From positions 67,642,001 through 67,706,000 of the forward strand of contig OZ024745.1 of assembly GCA_964016885.1 (NCBI GenBank): a DNA stretch of 64,000 nt, written 5' to 3'. Shown piece after piece: positions 43,531 to 57,610 of the stretch (within the stretch, counting starts at the first letter, position 1; each line of letters opens with the position of its first letter). Under the pieces are notes generated by a model. The model did no database searches and was not told where the DNA came from. It saw only the letters and a list, made by a program, of their open reading frames with translations. A program made the translations under genes and the position numbers. This stretch comes from Eledone cirrhosa (taxonomy: Eukaryota).

Positions 43531-43715
43531 CTGTACTCTAGCCTCAGACAAATCTGTCTTCAAGGCTAGTTCTTCACGTGTATTTACGCTAGGGTAGTGG
43601 GTTCTCTGAAATTCCTTTTCCAGAATTTCAAGTTGGTCGGACGTAAACGTTGTTCTGTTTCTTCGTAATCTTGACATCGAATCGTCTGACGGTGAAGGCG
43701 ATAACTCATCCCTGT
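43531..43715 (-). CDS. eyg: Eyegone-type Pax gene, coding exon 4 (homeodomain helices 1-3)
   Basis: aag|AC..CAG|gtaaat; [46 protein letters not shown]. The AAG acceptor is the nearby one that keeps frame. Confidence 0.92.
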
Positions 43716-44829
43716 CTTGAATACCACAGAAAACAAGAAAATATTAATATTTTAAAGCCGTTTCATTAATTATTGATTTTTTTTCAACTAAAAAAAAATA
43801 AAAATAGAAATTGATGAAACCTAAAATCAGGAAATGGTATGAAGAATTAAAAGAGAAATAGATTCCGTCAACTAACATCTTAAATTTTCCAAATGGTTCG
43901 AGATGCATCTGTTGTGGGTATTTTCTAATCGTTTTTACGTATTTATTCTACAGGTTGACTGAGTCCTTGGGAGGTTTCAGAATTTCAGGCGTTTTTCTGT
44001 GAGAAAGGTTGCTAGCGCCTTGTTCCCCCGCTTCTTCGTTCTTGAAGTGGTCTCATGAACCATTCAGAACGATAGACAAACAGATAAACGCACAAACTCA
44101 GACACACACATACATTTTACTGGCACTTTACTTATCGACCTCGAAAGGATGTAAGGCAAAGTTCACAGTATTTCAACTTAGAGAGTAGGTAATTGGAATT
44201 AATACCGCAAAATATTCTCTCCTATCCTAAAACCTTTTCCAATTTACTGCCATTGCATATTTGTTTAATTTTTTAATTATCCTTTTCATAATTTACCCTG
44301 TAGCTATTTTACTAAAGTAAATTTATCTCAACTGTTTTGTTCAGTAATTTGAGATTACATCTCTATGATAAATACAACAGGAGAAATGTTCAAAGGTTGC
44401 TTTTAAATGTTATTGTTTTATGTTTAAATAATAATTATAGCATAAAATAACGTTATTTTAATAACTTATGAAGAACTAATAATTTTGGCACAAGGCCAGC
44501 AATTACTCCAGTGTATTACTGGTGCTTTATTTTATCGACCCCGTAAGGATGAAAGGCAAAGTTAACCTCGACGGGATTTGAACCAAATAATAATAATAAT
44601 CGAGCAAAACTAAAGGAAACGAAAAAACATAAATAACATTAAAACTTCATAAATATATTTTATACTCAAGAGAATTTCAAAACCACTCCATCTAAACATA
44701 GTGTTGATTAGTTGCCTCGGCTCATAAATGGGGTTTGGATTTTTGGCCATGTCTCAGTTTTAGAAGACCCACAAAGAAAACCCAACTTTACTATAAACTG
44801 CTTTCAAAACTTAATGTATCAAAGTGCCT

Positions 44830-45090
44830 AACAACTAATAATGAACAGACACTGATACTAGGACTAAATACTGTTTGTCAATGTGATCAACTAGTGAACA
44901 GTTACCAGTACTAGGACTAAATATAGTCAGTCAATGTGAACAACTAATAAGGAACAGATACCAGTATTAGAACCAAATACAGCCAGTCACCACGAAGAAC
45001 TAACAATGAACAGATATCTGTTCTAAGACTAAATATAATCAATGTGAACAAATAAGTCAATGAGATATACAGATCGTTAAGTCCAAATCG
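44830..45090. repeat. Degenerate ~55-bp minisatellite
   Basis: Recurring aactaNNaatgaacagaNac..tactaggactaaata..tcaatgtgaNca units. Confidence 0.7.
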
Positions 45091-45157
45091 GTAGAAAGAA
45101 AACAAAATAGTATGATGAAAGATCGAAAAGAAATACATTTTATCATTGTTTACTCAC

Positions 45158-45499
45158 CGGTAGTTAAAGTTAAACCATGGTCGGGGGATGAAATTATTAT
45201 TTCACTGTTTGAATCGAAGTTTCCTGTAGATGCATACAGTGAAGGCACTGTAGTGTGCATTGAAGTAGCTGCTGCTGCTGCATGTGAGGTTGTAGGTTGA
45301 TATTGGAAGGAGTTTATAACTGCTGTGCTGGGTGTAACTGAACTAGGGTAGCTAGCTATATTCCAAAGGGGAGAGTAGACAGAGTAAAGGGCGTGGCTGG
45401 CCAAACGAGCGTATTCGCCGGCGGCTCTTTCTGCTGCTTTGTTACGTAAGATTCGGTTTATTGAACTGACACTTGGTAGAGTTGCCTGGCTGCACACAC
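45158..45499 (-). CDS. eyg: Eyegone-type Pax gene, coding exon 3 (end of RED subdomain and linker)
   Basis: cag|GT..G|gtgagt, phase 1/1; GVCSQATLPSVSSINRILRNKAAERAAGEYAR. The AAERAA extension is characteristic of Eyg/Toe. Confidence 0.92.
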
Positions 45500-45764
45500 C
45501 TGAAATAGATTAAAGAAAGATAGTGAATCTTCCCCCAAAGTATCATCTCCCTCGTCCCCCTTATAGACTTCAGTAAAAAAAAAAATATCAGATGAAATAT
45601 AGTGCAAGTGTCAAAGTGCAAACTTTCATAAAAGTAAATCACATTTACAAATTGGTAACGTCGTTGACACTTCCACAACCAATGACCAGTGCAACACCTA
45701 TTATAACAATAAACGTCAGTGATTCTCTCTCTACCTCTATTTTCTACTCTTTCTATATATGTTA

Positions 45765-45802
<38 letters not shown>

Positions 45803-46829
45803 TCCATTTAGCACTATCGTCGCCAGCATTACCATGCCTTGCTCTGATACAAACATATTAATGCACTGGGGTCGATTTAATCGCCTTTCCCATCCCCTTC
45901 AAATTGCTAGCCCTGTTGCTAAAGTAGAAACAATTAATATTATCATGACTGTTCATCAGTCTATCTATTGGGGATTTCGGTTGTTGAATTTGTTTGTTTA
46001 AAAATTATTTTTACACGCTTGTATGTAAAATCCCCAGCATATGCCCTTGTATTGTCCCCTTTTCTTGTGCGCCCTTGTGGCAAATAACGAAATATATCTA
46101 TTTATTTATTCATCAACATTTATTATGGCATGGTTCTGTAATTCCTGGGGGAGTCATATGGGCGGCATATTAGCATATGGTGTCTCTTGGGGTTTTGAAG
46201 CTAGGTGGAGCCCATCCTTCTCCAGGTCTGAACACAACAGATTTCTTCCAGAGAAGGATGGAAAGTGAGAGAGAGGAAGTGAGAAAGAGATACGGAGGAA
46301 GAATCGACGACCCCAGCATTAACCTGGTACTTTTATCGACCTCGAAAGGATGAGAGGCAAATTTGACCTAGGTGGGATATAGACTCAGAGATCAGAGAGA
46401 CAAAATGAATACAGCAAAGCATTCTATCCGGCGTTCTAACGACTCTGGCAATTCGCCGCCTCCATCAATAATATAAAAAGTAAAAACACTCATTTCTAAA
46501 TTTATTTTCAGAAAAGAATTCATCTCTCACCCACCCCAAAGTGGGTGGGAGATCTCCCCGTCGGAAGGGTCTGGTTATGAGAGAAGGATTTTTTTTTTTT
46601 TTTTATGAATAATACCGTATTTTGTTTAATGAATCTGAAAACGATCATTCTTGGTTAAATACTGTACAGGTTTTCAATATTTACTGAAAGATGACTTTAA
46701 TGGATGCAGCATAGTTTTCGATTAAATCGACTCCAGTGTGCTACTGGTATTTTATTTTATCAACCCCGTATTATGATAAACAACGAAAGGCCGGGACCTT
46801 GTGATTTAATTCTTTATTTCAGATTCTAG

Positions 46830-47140
46830 TGGTTTGGTGGTTAGGCTGTTCGGCTCACGAGCATATGGTCGTGAGGTCGAACCGTGGTGGCGCATTATAT
46901 CCTTGAGCAAGGCACTTTATTTCACGTTGCTCCCATCCACTCAGCTAGAAATTTTTTTATTTATACTGTAATTCAAAGCGCTAACATTGTCACTGTATCA
47001 CGCTGAATCTCCCTAAGAACTATGTTAAGGTACACCTGTTTGTGGAATGCTCAGTCACTTGCACGTTAATTTCATGAACAGGCTATTCTGTTTGATGAAA
47101 TCAACTGTAAAGCTCATCGCCGAAACCGACGGAGGTCCGG
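46830..47140 (+). mobile_element. Third SINE family (tRNA head, CORE-like and Deu/Nin-like body)
   Basis: tRNA-like head, ttgagcaaggcact, tgtggaatgctcagtcacttgcacgttaatttca..ccgacggag. Fragments at 21160-21540, 27720-27840, 39856-39980(-) and 49040-49270(-). Confidence 0.6.
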
Positions 47141-48507
47141 TAATGTATGTATGTGTGTAGGCACATATGCACATATATAGACATATTACACACGCTTATT
47201 AAATTATGGAAACATTTTAAAATGTCTGTTTGTGTGTCTGTCTCTCGATCAGTTAGTCTGTGTGGTGTGTGTGTGTGTGTGTATAGGAAGTTTTAAAGCA
47301 TTTCCATGTTTCAACATTCGTCGTGATATTTACATATTTGCTTACGTTCTAATGATCAGCGGCAGAATGTGTGTAATAACGAACAGATGCAGCGGAATAG
47401 TCGTCTCATTTGACAACGGGGGAAGCGCACGAATAGACATCAATAATTTTCATGTAAGAATGATTACTTAAAATATTTTATATCCACTGTATTGACATAT
47501 ACACACATACACATTGGCACACATACATACTCACTGGCGCACACACACACACACACACCCGCGCGCGCGCGCGAGCGCACACACCCACAGACACACATAC
47601 ACATACATGCACACACCCTTAAACACACTGACACAAGTACTACTACAAGCACACGGTCGAGTACACACACACACCAACTTGCACGGGGTGATTGAAATTT
47701 GTATGTGAGTAAAGAAGGACAGAGAGAGAGAAGAGAGTAGTAGAAGAAAAGTGAATGACAGACAGACAGACAAGAAGGAAGATTAAACATCATATAGAAA
47801 GAAGAAAAGAAAGAATGACATAAGACATGGCTGTGAGAATAAGGGGTTCGCTTTGCAACCACTTGGTTCAAGGTTCAGTCCTGCCTTGGTAAGTGTCCAG
47901 TACTATAGCTTCGAGTTGACCAATGAAATGTGAGTGGAATTTCGTAAAGGAAACTACAAAAGCCCATCACACACATATATAATTGTTTCTACTTTTGGCA
48001 CAAAGCCATCAATTACCCAGTACATTACTGGTACTTTATTTTATCGACCCCGTAAGGATGAAAGGCAAAGTTGACCTCGGCGGGATTTGAACTCAGAATG
48101 GAAAGGGCCGTAACTCTATGCGTCAAAGCATGACGTCCGACCCTCTACCGATAGTAATAATAATAAATGCGAAGACTAAAATCCAAAGAGGGTTCGATAA
48201 GGATAAATATATATCAAATATATAAGAACCCTAGAGCAAATATTTATTAAAATAACAGATTAAAGTTTAAGCAAAGAATCGCTAGATCCATTTACCCACT
48301 CCACTACCCTAAGTATCGAGTACTCTGGTGTGTTATGGTCCACCTGGTTCCTTGCCACACTTTTATATATATATAATCTTTTGTTTCTCATTCTATCTTC
48401 TGATGAAGGATTAGTGTCCGAAAAGTTACGACTATTTTTCTACTATATCAAGCGTTAAACTAATATATTTCTTCGTTGTACTATGTTGTTATCGTTTACC
48501 TAGCACA

Positions 48508-48563
<56 letters not shown>

Positions 48564-48581
48564 CACACGCACACACGCACG

Positions 48582-48654
<73 letters not shown>

Positions 48655-49895
48655 GAAATAAGTAAGATAATTCTGTTTAAGTGTTTTTATATCCAAGAAA
48701 GTTATCAATTGATTTCTTGTAAAAGTTATGTCGTTCGAACGACACGTTTCAATATGGATTCCATTATGCCAGTGTCGCTCCTGTTGTCTACATGCATCAG
48801 TCAGTATTGCTGAGACAGCAGACGACATTATATTGTATTTCAATCGATGTTTATCTCGACTTCTCTATCAAAGCAATTACTCGTTTTTCTTACCTTTTTC
48901 GTTTGTTTTTGTTTTTGTTTTTGTTTTTTTCTACGGTAAAAGCAGTACATGGCTAATTCTCACTGTATCGAAGTCATCTTTAACCTTGATAAAACAGCAT
49001 ATCAAGATGAAGTTTTCATTTTTTTTCGCCCTTTATTATTGGACCTCAGTCGGTTAGGACGATGAGTGTTCCAGCCTGCTCGTGAAAATAACGTGCAAGT
49101 GGCTGAGTATTCCACACACACACGTTCACTCTTAACGTAGTTCTTGGGAAGAGTCGACGTAACACTGTAACAAAGCTAGCCCTTTGAATTACAAGTACAA
49201 CTTATTTTTGGCAGCTGAGTGAACTAGAGCAAATGTGAACTAGTGTGTCTTGCTCAAGTACTTAAAGCGTCACTGGGAATCGCCGTTTTTCCAGTGACAG
49301 GAGACAAGATTTGAACTCAGAATAAACAAAACCGGAACATATACCGCCAAACATTCCGTCTCGTTCTTTAACAATCCCGTAAATTCAGTAACTTTATTTA
49401 TCGGGCACAGAATTTTTAGTCGATCATATCGACCCCAATACGTATTTTTCAAACCAAGTACTTTTCATCGGTGTCTTTTTTTTGTTGAACCGTTAAATTA
49501 CCGCGCATAAACACAGACACGATCACACAGTATAGTAGGGGACACTTGCCTAACGTGCCACGCAGTGGTACTGAACCTGGAACAAAGTGATTGCGAAGAG
49601 AACTCTTTAACTATACAGTCATGCCTGCACCAATTGCAAAAAAAAATAATAATAAACAAACAAGAACATTTTTCTTTGCTTTGAAAACTTTAAGAAAAAG
49701 AATACCGTTAATTTGATTATGCACAGAGTATATAAAGCACAGTGGAAAATATGACCGACTTTTATATTGGGTCGTGATTGTAGGTCCATTTTAACCGGAA
49801 TTAGAAGCTAAATGTTGTTGACACCTTCGTATAATGAAGCCATTCAAAATGAAAGTAACAAAACGTTTTACTGTTACATGTGTGAAAGGAAGTAA

Positions 49896-50284
49896 AGTAA
49901 GATGTGAGACAATATGTAGCTTCTATACTTGACTAATCTGTTTTTATTGTGACACCCCTTTGATATTAGCCCGGCCAAAACCAGCTCTTGTTGCTTGAAT
50001 CAAAATATTCCATTTTAAAGAGTTCTTATTTAGATTAACATCTTACAACATGATTTTATTCTAGAATCAAATGTTAAGTTATTATATTAGTAATGAAATA
50101 ACTTCACATTTGATTCTAGAATAAAATCATGTTGTAAGATGTTAATCTAAATAAGAACTCTTTAAAATGGAATATTTTGATTCAAGCAACAAGAGCTGGT
50201 TTTGGCCGGGTTAATATCAAAGGGGTGTCACAATAAAAACAGATTAGCCAAGTATAGAAGCTACATATTGTTTCACATCTTACT
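49896..50284. repeat. 389-bp near-perfect spacerless palindrome
   Basis: Arms mirror around g50090 with only a few mismatches. Confidence 0.92.
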
Positions 50285-50796
50285 GTACTTCCTTTAGGGC
50301 GGTGGATTGGCAGTATCGGTAGAGGGTCGGACGCCATGCTTTCCACCATAGTTTCGTCCCTTTACGATCTGAGTTCAAATCCCGCCGAGGTTGACTTTGC
50401 CTTTCATCCTTACGGGGTCGATAAAATAAAATACCAGTAATGCACTGCGTAATTGCTGGCCTTGTGCCTAATGTAGAAACAATTATATTAGTAATGAAAT
50501 AATTAATAATTTTAGTAAATTCCTTAAAACCCTTCATTAACGTTTTGATACCAACCCGGCAAAAACTAGTTCTGGTTCTTTGAAACAAAACCATTCACCG
50601 ACTTCATCAGAAACAATGCTCCTAACGAAAACGGTGAAATGGATCTATAGTATCAAGGCTAATAATATGTAATTACATAACTAATGTCGATTAGTCACTA
50701 TACCGATTTATCGTCATCAATCAACCTTCTGAAACGATCGTAATACAAACTAATTAAGCAGTAAACTTCGCCTTTGTTTTCCTTGTTCAACATATG

Positions 50797-50874
<78 letters not shown>

Positions 50875-50879
<5 letters not shown>

Positions 50880-51259
50880 CGAAACCTGTCCACACCTCGA
50901 ACCATGGGTGACACCTAAAGGTCAAATTCTAGGTCACCACCCTTTTGGCGTTAACAAGTTGATGTGTGGGCGATCCCTCGAGGCAGGGGACAGAAAGCTG
51001 GGGATATAAATAGCCGGTGGAAGAGAGAGAGAATTCAATCACGACGAGGACTACTACCACGGACTGCATCCACCAACAAACATTATCTGGTCGCTCTCTG
51101 TTTTCACATCAACAACAAAATAACATCGTCAACCTTTGCAACTCGTGGTAACTTATTTGTTGTTCTTTTTGACTGAAGTTGAGTAAATTTTATATCAAAA
51201 GTAAACTAGTTATTCGAGTTATTATTTCTAACGATAACTACTAACTTTGCTTCGCTTCA
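50875..51259 (+). repeat. 5' LTR
   Basis: Matches 55872-56257 except for about five events; TATA-like tataaata near 51005. Confidence 0.95.
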
Positions 51260-51261
51260 AT

Positions 51262-51273
51262 TGGTGACCCGAC
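51262..51273 (+). promoter_or_regulatory. Primer binding site, tRNA-Trp
   Basis: TGGTGACCCGAC, 2 nt after the LTR; matches TGGTGACCCCGAC with one base missing. Confidence 0.75.
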
Positions 51274-51329
51274 TTTAGAACACAGTTTTCTGAGCCATCT
51301 ATAATTACCAACGATAAGCACGCAACAAT

Positions 51330-54300
51330 ATGGAACAATCACTAGCATCATCGTCCGTACAAGCAGCTATATCCCTGCGGATACCGACATTCTGGCCTCA
51401 TGGTCCTACCATTTGGTTCACATTCATCAAGGTCCAATTTAAGACGCACCATATTTCGGCAGACAGGACCAAAATTTCCCATGTTGTCGGGGCGCTTCCT
51501 CATGAGAGCCTGCAGCAGATCCGGGATTTGCTTACAGCACCACCAGACACATATTCTTATGCCACATGTAGGTCCGAGCTTATAAAGCGGACGTCCGTCT
51601 CGCAGCAGCAACTAATTAATCAACTGCTTTATTCAGAGGAGTTAGGCGACAAGAAACCGTCCCAGTTCCTAGGACGCCTAAAGCAACTATTGGGAGAAAA
51701 CACCATGGAGCCGGCCATCTTAAAAACAGCTGTTCTTACAAAGGCTGCCACCAGCCGCTCGCAGTATTTTGGCGGCCAGTGAAATATCCACCGCAATCGA
51801 GGAGCTGGCGGATTCAGCCGATAGGATCATGGAGGTGACAGCACCATTGTCACTCGTGACCCAGGACACACACACAAATCCCATAGTAAGCTCTTTTTCT
51901 TCCCCTCTTTCTTCCTCATTTTCTAATTCTTCTCCTTCTTCGTCTTCGGTTTTGGAGGTGGCGGCGCTCGAGGCTCGAGTGAAAGAACAGGCCGAGCAAC
52001 TGAACGCTCTTATGGCTAAACTGCAGTTAAAACCACGCAGCAACGCCAGCTCAACTCGATGCGCTTCCCATCAGCGCCCGCGAAATCCGAGTCGTACCCG
52101 GGTGACCGATCCCATGTGCTATTATCACTGTAACTTCGGCGAACGGGCCCGTAAATGCCTATTGCCTTGTTCTTTTAGGAGGGGTTTCCGTTATGTGCCG
52201 GGAAACGACGTGGCCAGGCAGTAACGGCGATAACTACACCTGGCTCTTCCAAACCTAGCTGCTTGTTCCACATTAGCGACCAGTGTTCGTTTTCTGGTGG
52301 ACACCGGAGCTGAGGTTAGCGTTATACCATCATCCCTGGTGTCAGGCAGTAAGAAACCCACAAAGGTCCTTCTCAAGGCGGTGAACCATTCTGCTATACC
52401 CACATGTGGAGAAAAGTCCTTAACCCTTAATCTTGGACTCCACCGAGTTTTCCAGTGGGTTTTTGTCATCGCCAAGTTGTCGACTCCGATCCTAGGAGCG
52501 GATTTCTTACACTATTTCGGTCTCCTGGTGGACGTTAAACACAACAGACTGATTGATTCCACCACGGGATCCAATGTTCGCGGCATCAGCACCAAGGCAC
52601 CATCCCTCAGCCCCCACCACGACAAAGTTAATTCGATTTTAGAGTTTCCCACTCCTACGTCACTGAGGAAAGTACATGAGTTCCTTGGCCTCATATATTT
52701 TTACCGTCGGTTCATTCCTTGCTGTGCAGAGTCTCTCCAGTCGCTAACAGACATCTTACGGCAGTGCAAACGGAAGAACCAGCTTATCACTTTCGATGAC
52801 GCACAAGCGGCCGCTTTTCTGAGAGTAAAGCGGACCTTAGCAGAGGCCACAATGTTGGTTCATCCCAAACCTGACGCACCGTTTGGCCTGTTCGTCGATG
52901 CATCGGATGTCGGGGTCGGTAGCGTCCTCCAACAATGTGTAGACGATGCGTGGAAGCCAATTTCTTTCTTCCCTAGGCGACTCAAACCGGCCGAAACAAA
53001 GTACAGCACATTCGGTCGGGAACTTTTGGCAGCGTACCTCTGTGTGAGACATTTCCGGCACATGTTAGAAGGTTCAGTGTTCTCTATTGACACGGACCAG
53101 AAACCTTTCACGTACGCTCTGTATTACAAGCCTGACCGCCACTCACTCACCTAGAGAAGTGCGCCACCTGGATTTTATATCCCAGTATACTACGGATATT
53201 CGCCACATTAAAGGTTCAGACAACTCTACAGCCGACGCCCTTTCTCGCGCACACTTGGGTGCACTGCACACCTCCTTTTCCATCAGCCTCCGAGACATCA
53301 CCGCCGCTCAACAGACGGATGCGGAGCTCTTCAAACTCCGAAATTTTCCATCTTCTTCCTTGTCTTTCAAACTCCTCCCTCAACCCTTTTCTTCTGGTGG
53401 TATCTGGTGTGATGTGTCTACGGGTCACGCGCGCCCTTATGTGCCCCGACAGCATTGACGTTCGGTTTTTTCTGCGCTGCACAACCTATCGCATCCTGGA
53501 GCCAACTCTACCCTTAAGTTATTAACAGCCCGGTTTATTTGGGTTGGTGTGAACAAGGACTTTGTGTCCAGTGTCGGAAGGCGAAGATTCCCCATCATGT
53601 CAGAACCCCTCTGGGAACCTTCACAACACCGGATGCACGTTTCCAACACGTACACATCGATATCATCGGACCACTGCCTTCTTCTCAGGGTTGCACGCAC
53701 TTTTGACCTGTGTGGACAGATTCTCCCGGTGGCATGAGGCCATTCCTCTTTCCGACAACTCAACCGAATCTATTGCCAAGGCGCTAGTACAGCATTGGAT
53801 TTCGCGTTGTGGCACACCTTCTACCATAACAACGGACAGAGGCGGCCAGTTCGAATCAAACATTTTTCAAGAATTGACAGGCCTCCTAGGTTGTAGTCGA
53901 ATACGTACAACAGCCTATCACCCTGCAGCTAATGGTATGGTGGAACGTTTCCATCAGCAATCAAAATCGGCTCTCAGAGCCTATGTCAACAGTAACTGGT
54001 TGGAGATCTTACCCCTCATCCTTCTTGGAATTCTTTCCACCGTAAAAGAAGGACTTGGTTTTACGCCGGCTGAGCTGGTTTATGGCACGACATTGGTATT
54101 ACCCGGGCAAATGATTGCCGCTGAGTCTAAATACCCCGCAGATCCAATGAACTATATCCATCGCCTGCGGACCTACATGGCAAACCTGCCATCGGTTGCC
54201 CCGCGCCCTCAAAGCATCACTACGCAAGTTCCATCCGACCTACAGCAATAGACACATGTTTTTGTCAGACCGGACACTATCAGGGCTCCTTTGCAACCAC

Positions 54301-54554
54301 CATACTCGGGGCCCTACCAAGTACTCAAAAGGACACCCAAGTATTTCATTTTGGACATTAATGGAAGGAAGGATGCTGTCAGTGTCGACCGGTTAAAAAA
54401 AGCACATCTGGATTTGGATGAATCCTCATCATCAGATCAAGTTAACCCAACACCAGTGCTCCCATTCACCGGCAATCCGAACTCTATGCCAACAAGCACT
54501 AGATCCGGGCGACGTGTGTACAGGCCATCTCGCTATGCTCAATATGGCAAGTAA
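51330..54554 (+). pseudogene. gag-pol remnant with frameshifts and RT deletion
   Basis: ORF pieces 51330-51782, 51769-52224, 52297-53154, 53087-53458, 53562-54251 and 54291-54554. Protease joins the RT thumb directly at about 52612 (APSLSP|HHDKV); no LPFG or YxDD motif. Confidence 0.9.
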
Positions 54555-55014
54555 CATTCCTCATCTCATCGATAATTTGTTTATTTTCATATAAAGAACA
54601 TATAACAACAAGAACATATAACAACAAAAAAATGTAAAAAAATGTAACAGTTACAATTTTTTAAAAAAATCTCTATCTGGAGATGTTAAAAAAATCAAGT
54701 TGTGATGGAGACTTTATGGACATAAACAACAACTAGTGTGTAGGAGAGAAACAGAGTTGAACTAATATAAACATTTTTTTTTCTTGGCCAACAACCTGTC
54801 TCGTATAAGTGCACCCACGTGCTTGCTCTGGCTGTGTATATATATGCGTATATATATATGTGTGTGTGCCAAGCGTGTGTATAATGGTGAAATTATCCTT
54901 TTTTTCTCCTCTCTTTTTGTCTTAGATATATATTTATTATTATTTTGTTTGTTTTTTAAGTTCATTTTCGTTTTATTTCCAGACTGAACAAGGAATGGTG
55001 CCTTGTTATGTATA

Positions 55015-55455
55015 TCTATATATCTAAAACATAGAATGTCTGTCTGTCTGACTCCCTAAAACTCGAGAACCACTCAACCGATTGTTTTCAAACTTTACAC
55101 ATGTAATACTTATGGTCCTGTGAGTGTTTTGAGCAAAAAATATTTCAAATTTTCAATGCCCTAGGGACCGCATTAGGCGATTTAGCGATCGCTCTCTATA
55201 ATTCTTAGTCTTTCTTTTTAGATACATACATAGATATAACGTGGCACCCTTATAATATCTGTCTGTATGTCTGGCTGGCTGTCTGCATTACGACATTATG
55301 ACGCTATATATGTGTGCGTGTGTGTATATGTATATATAGTGTGTGTAACGTTTTTCGAAATATTTATTTCTGCGTTCACAGATTGATTTTTTTAGTGTCA
55401 GAAGATCCCGTTAAGGGTGAAAGCAGCGATTCTTTGCTTAAACTTTAATCTGTTA

Positions 55456-55494
<39 letters not shown>

Positions 55495-55744
55495 GTGTAC
55501 AGATACTGTTGCATACACAATAACAAAATATAAACAAAATTATTTATTTCGCGATAAAGTATTGATTTTCTTCGCACGGAAAAAAAACCCTGGTAATCTA
55601 CGGCGAATCTTTTTTATAAGCACAAAATGTAAACACCATACCGAGGCCAAGGTATTCCGTACTTCTCTGTACTGTTTCAGAAAAGAGGGATAAACATGCC
55701 AATCTATGTTTAGAATACCGAGCAACGCCGGGCTATTCTGCTAT
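55015..55744 (+). mobile_element. Non-autonomous Helitron-like insertion in the 3' region of the LTR element
   Basis: A|TCtatatatctaaaa..tgtctgtctgt start; subterminal hairpin agaataccgagcaacgccgggctattct; CTAT|T end (canonical CTRR); no TSD. Confidence 0.65.
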
Positions 55745-55871
55745 TATATATTTTTGTTTGTTTGTTTGTTTTTTTGTTTTTTTTTTGTTTTTTGTTTTTT
55801 TTTCTCTTTCTCTTTCGCTAACTTTTCAATTATCGATCGCCGCTCCCGCGTCGATCTAGGCGGGGAACTAA

Positions 55872-56257
55872 TGTAGCGAAACCTGTCCACACCTCGAACC
55901 CTGGGTGACACCTAAAGGTCAAATTCTAGGTCACCACCCTTTTGGCGTTAACAAGTTGATGTGTGGGCGATCCCTCGAGGCAGGGGACAGAAAGCTGGGG
56001 ATATAAATAGCCGGTGGAAGAGAGAGAGAGAATTCAATCACGACGAGGACTACTACCACGGACTGCATCCACCAACAAACATTATCTGGTCGCTCTCTGT
56101 TTTCACATCAACAACAAAATAACATCGTCAACCTTTGCAACTCGTGGTAACTTATTTCTGTTCTTTTTGACTGAAGTGGAGTAAATTTTATATCAAAAGT
56201 AAACTAGTTATTCGAGTTATTATTTCTAACGATAACTACTAACTTTGCTTCGCTTCA
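55872..56257 (+). repeat. 3' LTR
   Basis: TGTAGCG...GCTTCA, preceded by a purine-rich tract. Confidence 0.95.
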
Positions 56258-56901
56258 TATATATATATATATATGGTGTGGTGGCTGCCAACTCGTTTTC
56301 GAGTACGGCCACTACTTTATATCCATGTAGGAGAACCCCTACCGATGCGCTGAACGAGTGTGACTTTTTAGTCCAGCCAGCGACTTGAAAACTCGGTACA
56401 AACACTACACTTGTGACAATTATTGACACATAGTGCTGGGCCCATGGTACCATGTGATGACAAGTGCAGAGAGATCTCTAGATATAAAGCAATGCCTGTG
56501 CCGTGAAGCTTTTATAGTGAGCAAAGGCACTGCACAAAGCCAGTCCCACTCTCTTAACCAAGATGATAGTTACCAAAAAGAAGAACAAGTCAACATCATT
56601 GGATACTATCAGGGTTGCAGGTGTTATATCAGAGTTTTCCTTCTCCTAGAATTCTGCCTTGACAAAGGCTAAGGGGTCATCTCTCCCGTATGTATGCATG
56701 TATATACATACATACATATATATTATATATATATATTATAAAGAGTTGGGTCTCGACTTTATAATATAATCTCGACTTTATAATATAACTCTTCTTTATA
56801 ATATAACCATACTCTACTACCCGAAGAATCGAGTACTCTGTTGAGTAATGGTCTAACTAGTTTCAAACTAATCCATCCTGATTTAAATAAATATGTGTGT
56901 G

Positions 56902-56946
<45 letters not shown>

Positions 56947-56956
56947 GTGCGTGCGC

Positions 56957-57017
<61 letters not shown>

Positions 57018-57448
57018 ACGATAAAAAAACTTCTTTATGATATACTTCGGAAAAACAATAAAAAATTTTAAAAAATGAGGAGAAAACTCTCCACCATTGG
57101 CTGAACTGCATATCTCAGCTGTGCCCCCACCATCCCAGGATGAGATGGCGAATGCTTTTCTATGGAAAGTATCTAGCGATATCCGCTGCTTCAATCATTC
57201 CACCTCACGAGGTTCCTTCCCCAGGCGAGATGCAATTATCCCGATTTGGCGGAAGAAGACGACAGTCCGGAAACAGAGATTGATGGGAAAAGGAGAGAAA
57301 GAAACTACGACTTATTCTGAGACCTGCTCTAAATATTTACAAGAGAGTGGAATCCTTTAAAAGCACACAGAGGCGGAATGTGATGATGTTAAACAGAGAC
57401 ATGGATAAATCATAAAAAAGCAGTTATTTCCAAATATAAACAGCTTAC

Positions 57449-57610
57449 CGTCAGCCATGAGCTTTTCTCTGATTTCCCAAGCAAAAATAGATGGATTTTC
57501 TAACTTATATTCTTCGATCTTTGCCACAACATTTGGGGTTGCCACTTTAGGTTTGCTGCCACCAATAGTTCCATATCGACTAGAAAATATTGATGGATCG
57601 CAAAATCCAC
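57449..57610 (-). CDS. eyg: Eyegone-type Pax gene, coding exon 2 (paired-domain linker and RED subdomain)
   Basis: cag|GT..G|gtaagc, phase 1/1; [41 protein letters not shown]. Confidence 0.93.

Larger units (their letters stand above)
50875..56257 (+). mobile_element. Ty3/Gypsy LTR retrotransposon, CsRn1 lineage, non-autonomous (RT core deleted)
   Basis: TG..CA LTRs of 385 and 386 bp; tRNA-Trp-type PBS; Gag with CHCC motif CYYH..FG..ARKC..PC; protease FLVDTGA; RNase H (DAS..YSTFGRELLA); integrase (DRF..TDRG..GMVERFH) and GPY motif; PPT at 55856-55871. Confidence 0.95.

Noticed and set aside
48189-48232. Hammerhead ghost (agggttc/gaaccct around gataa..aaa)
   Set aside because: Both core strands have deletions; non-functional relic.
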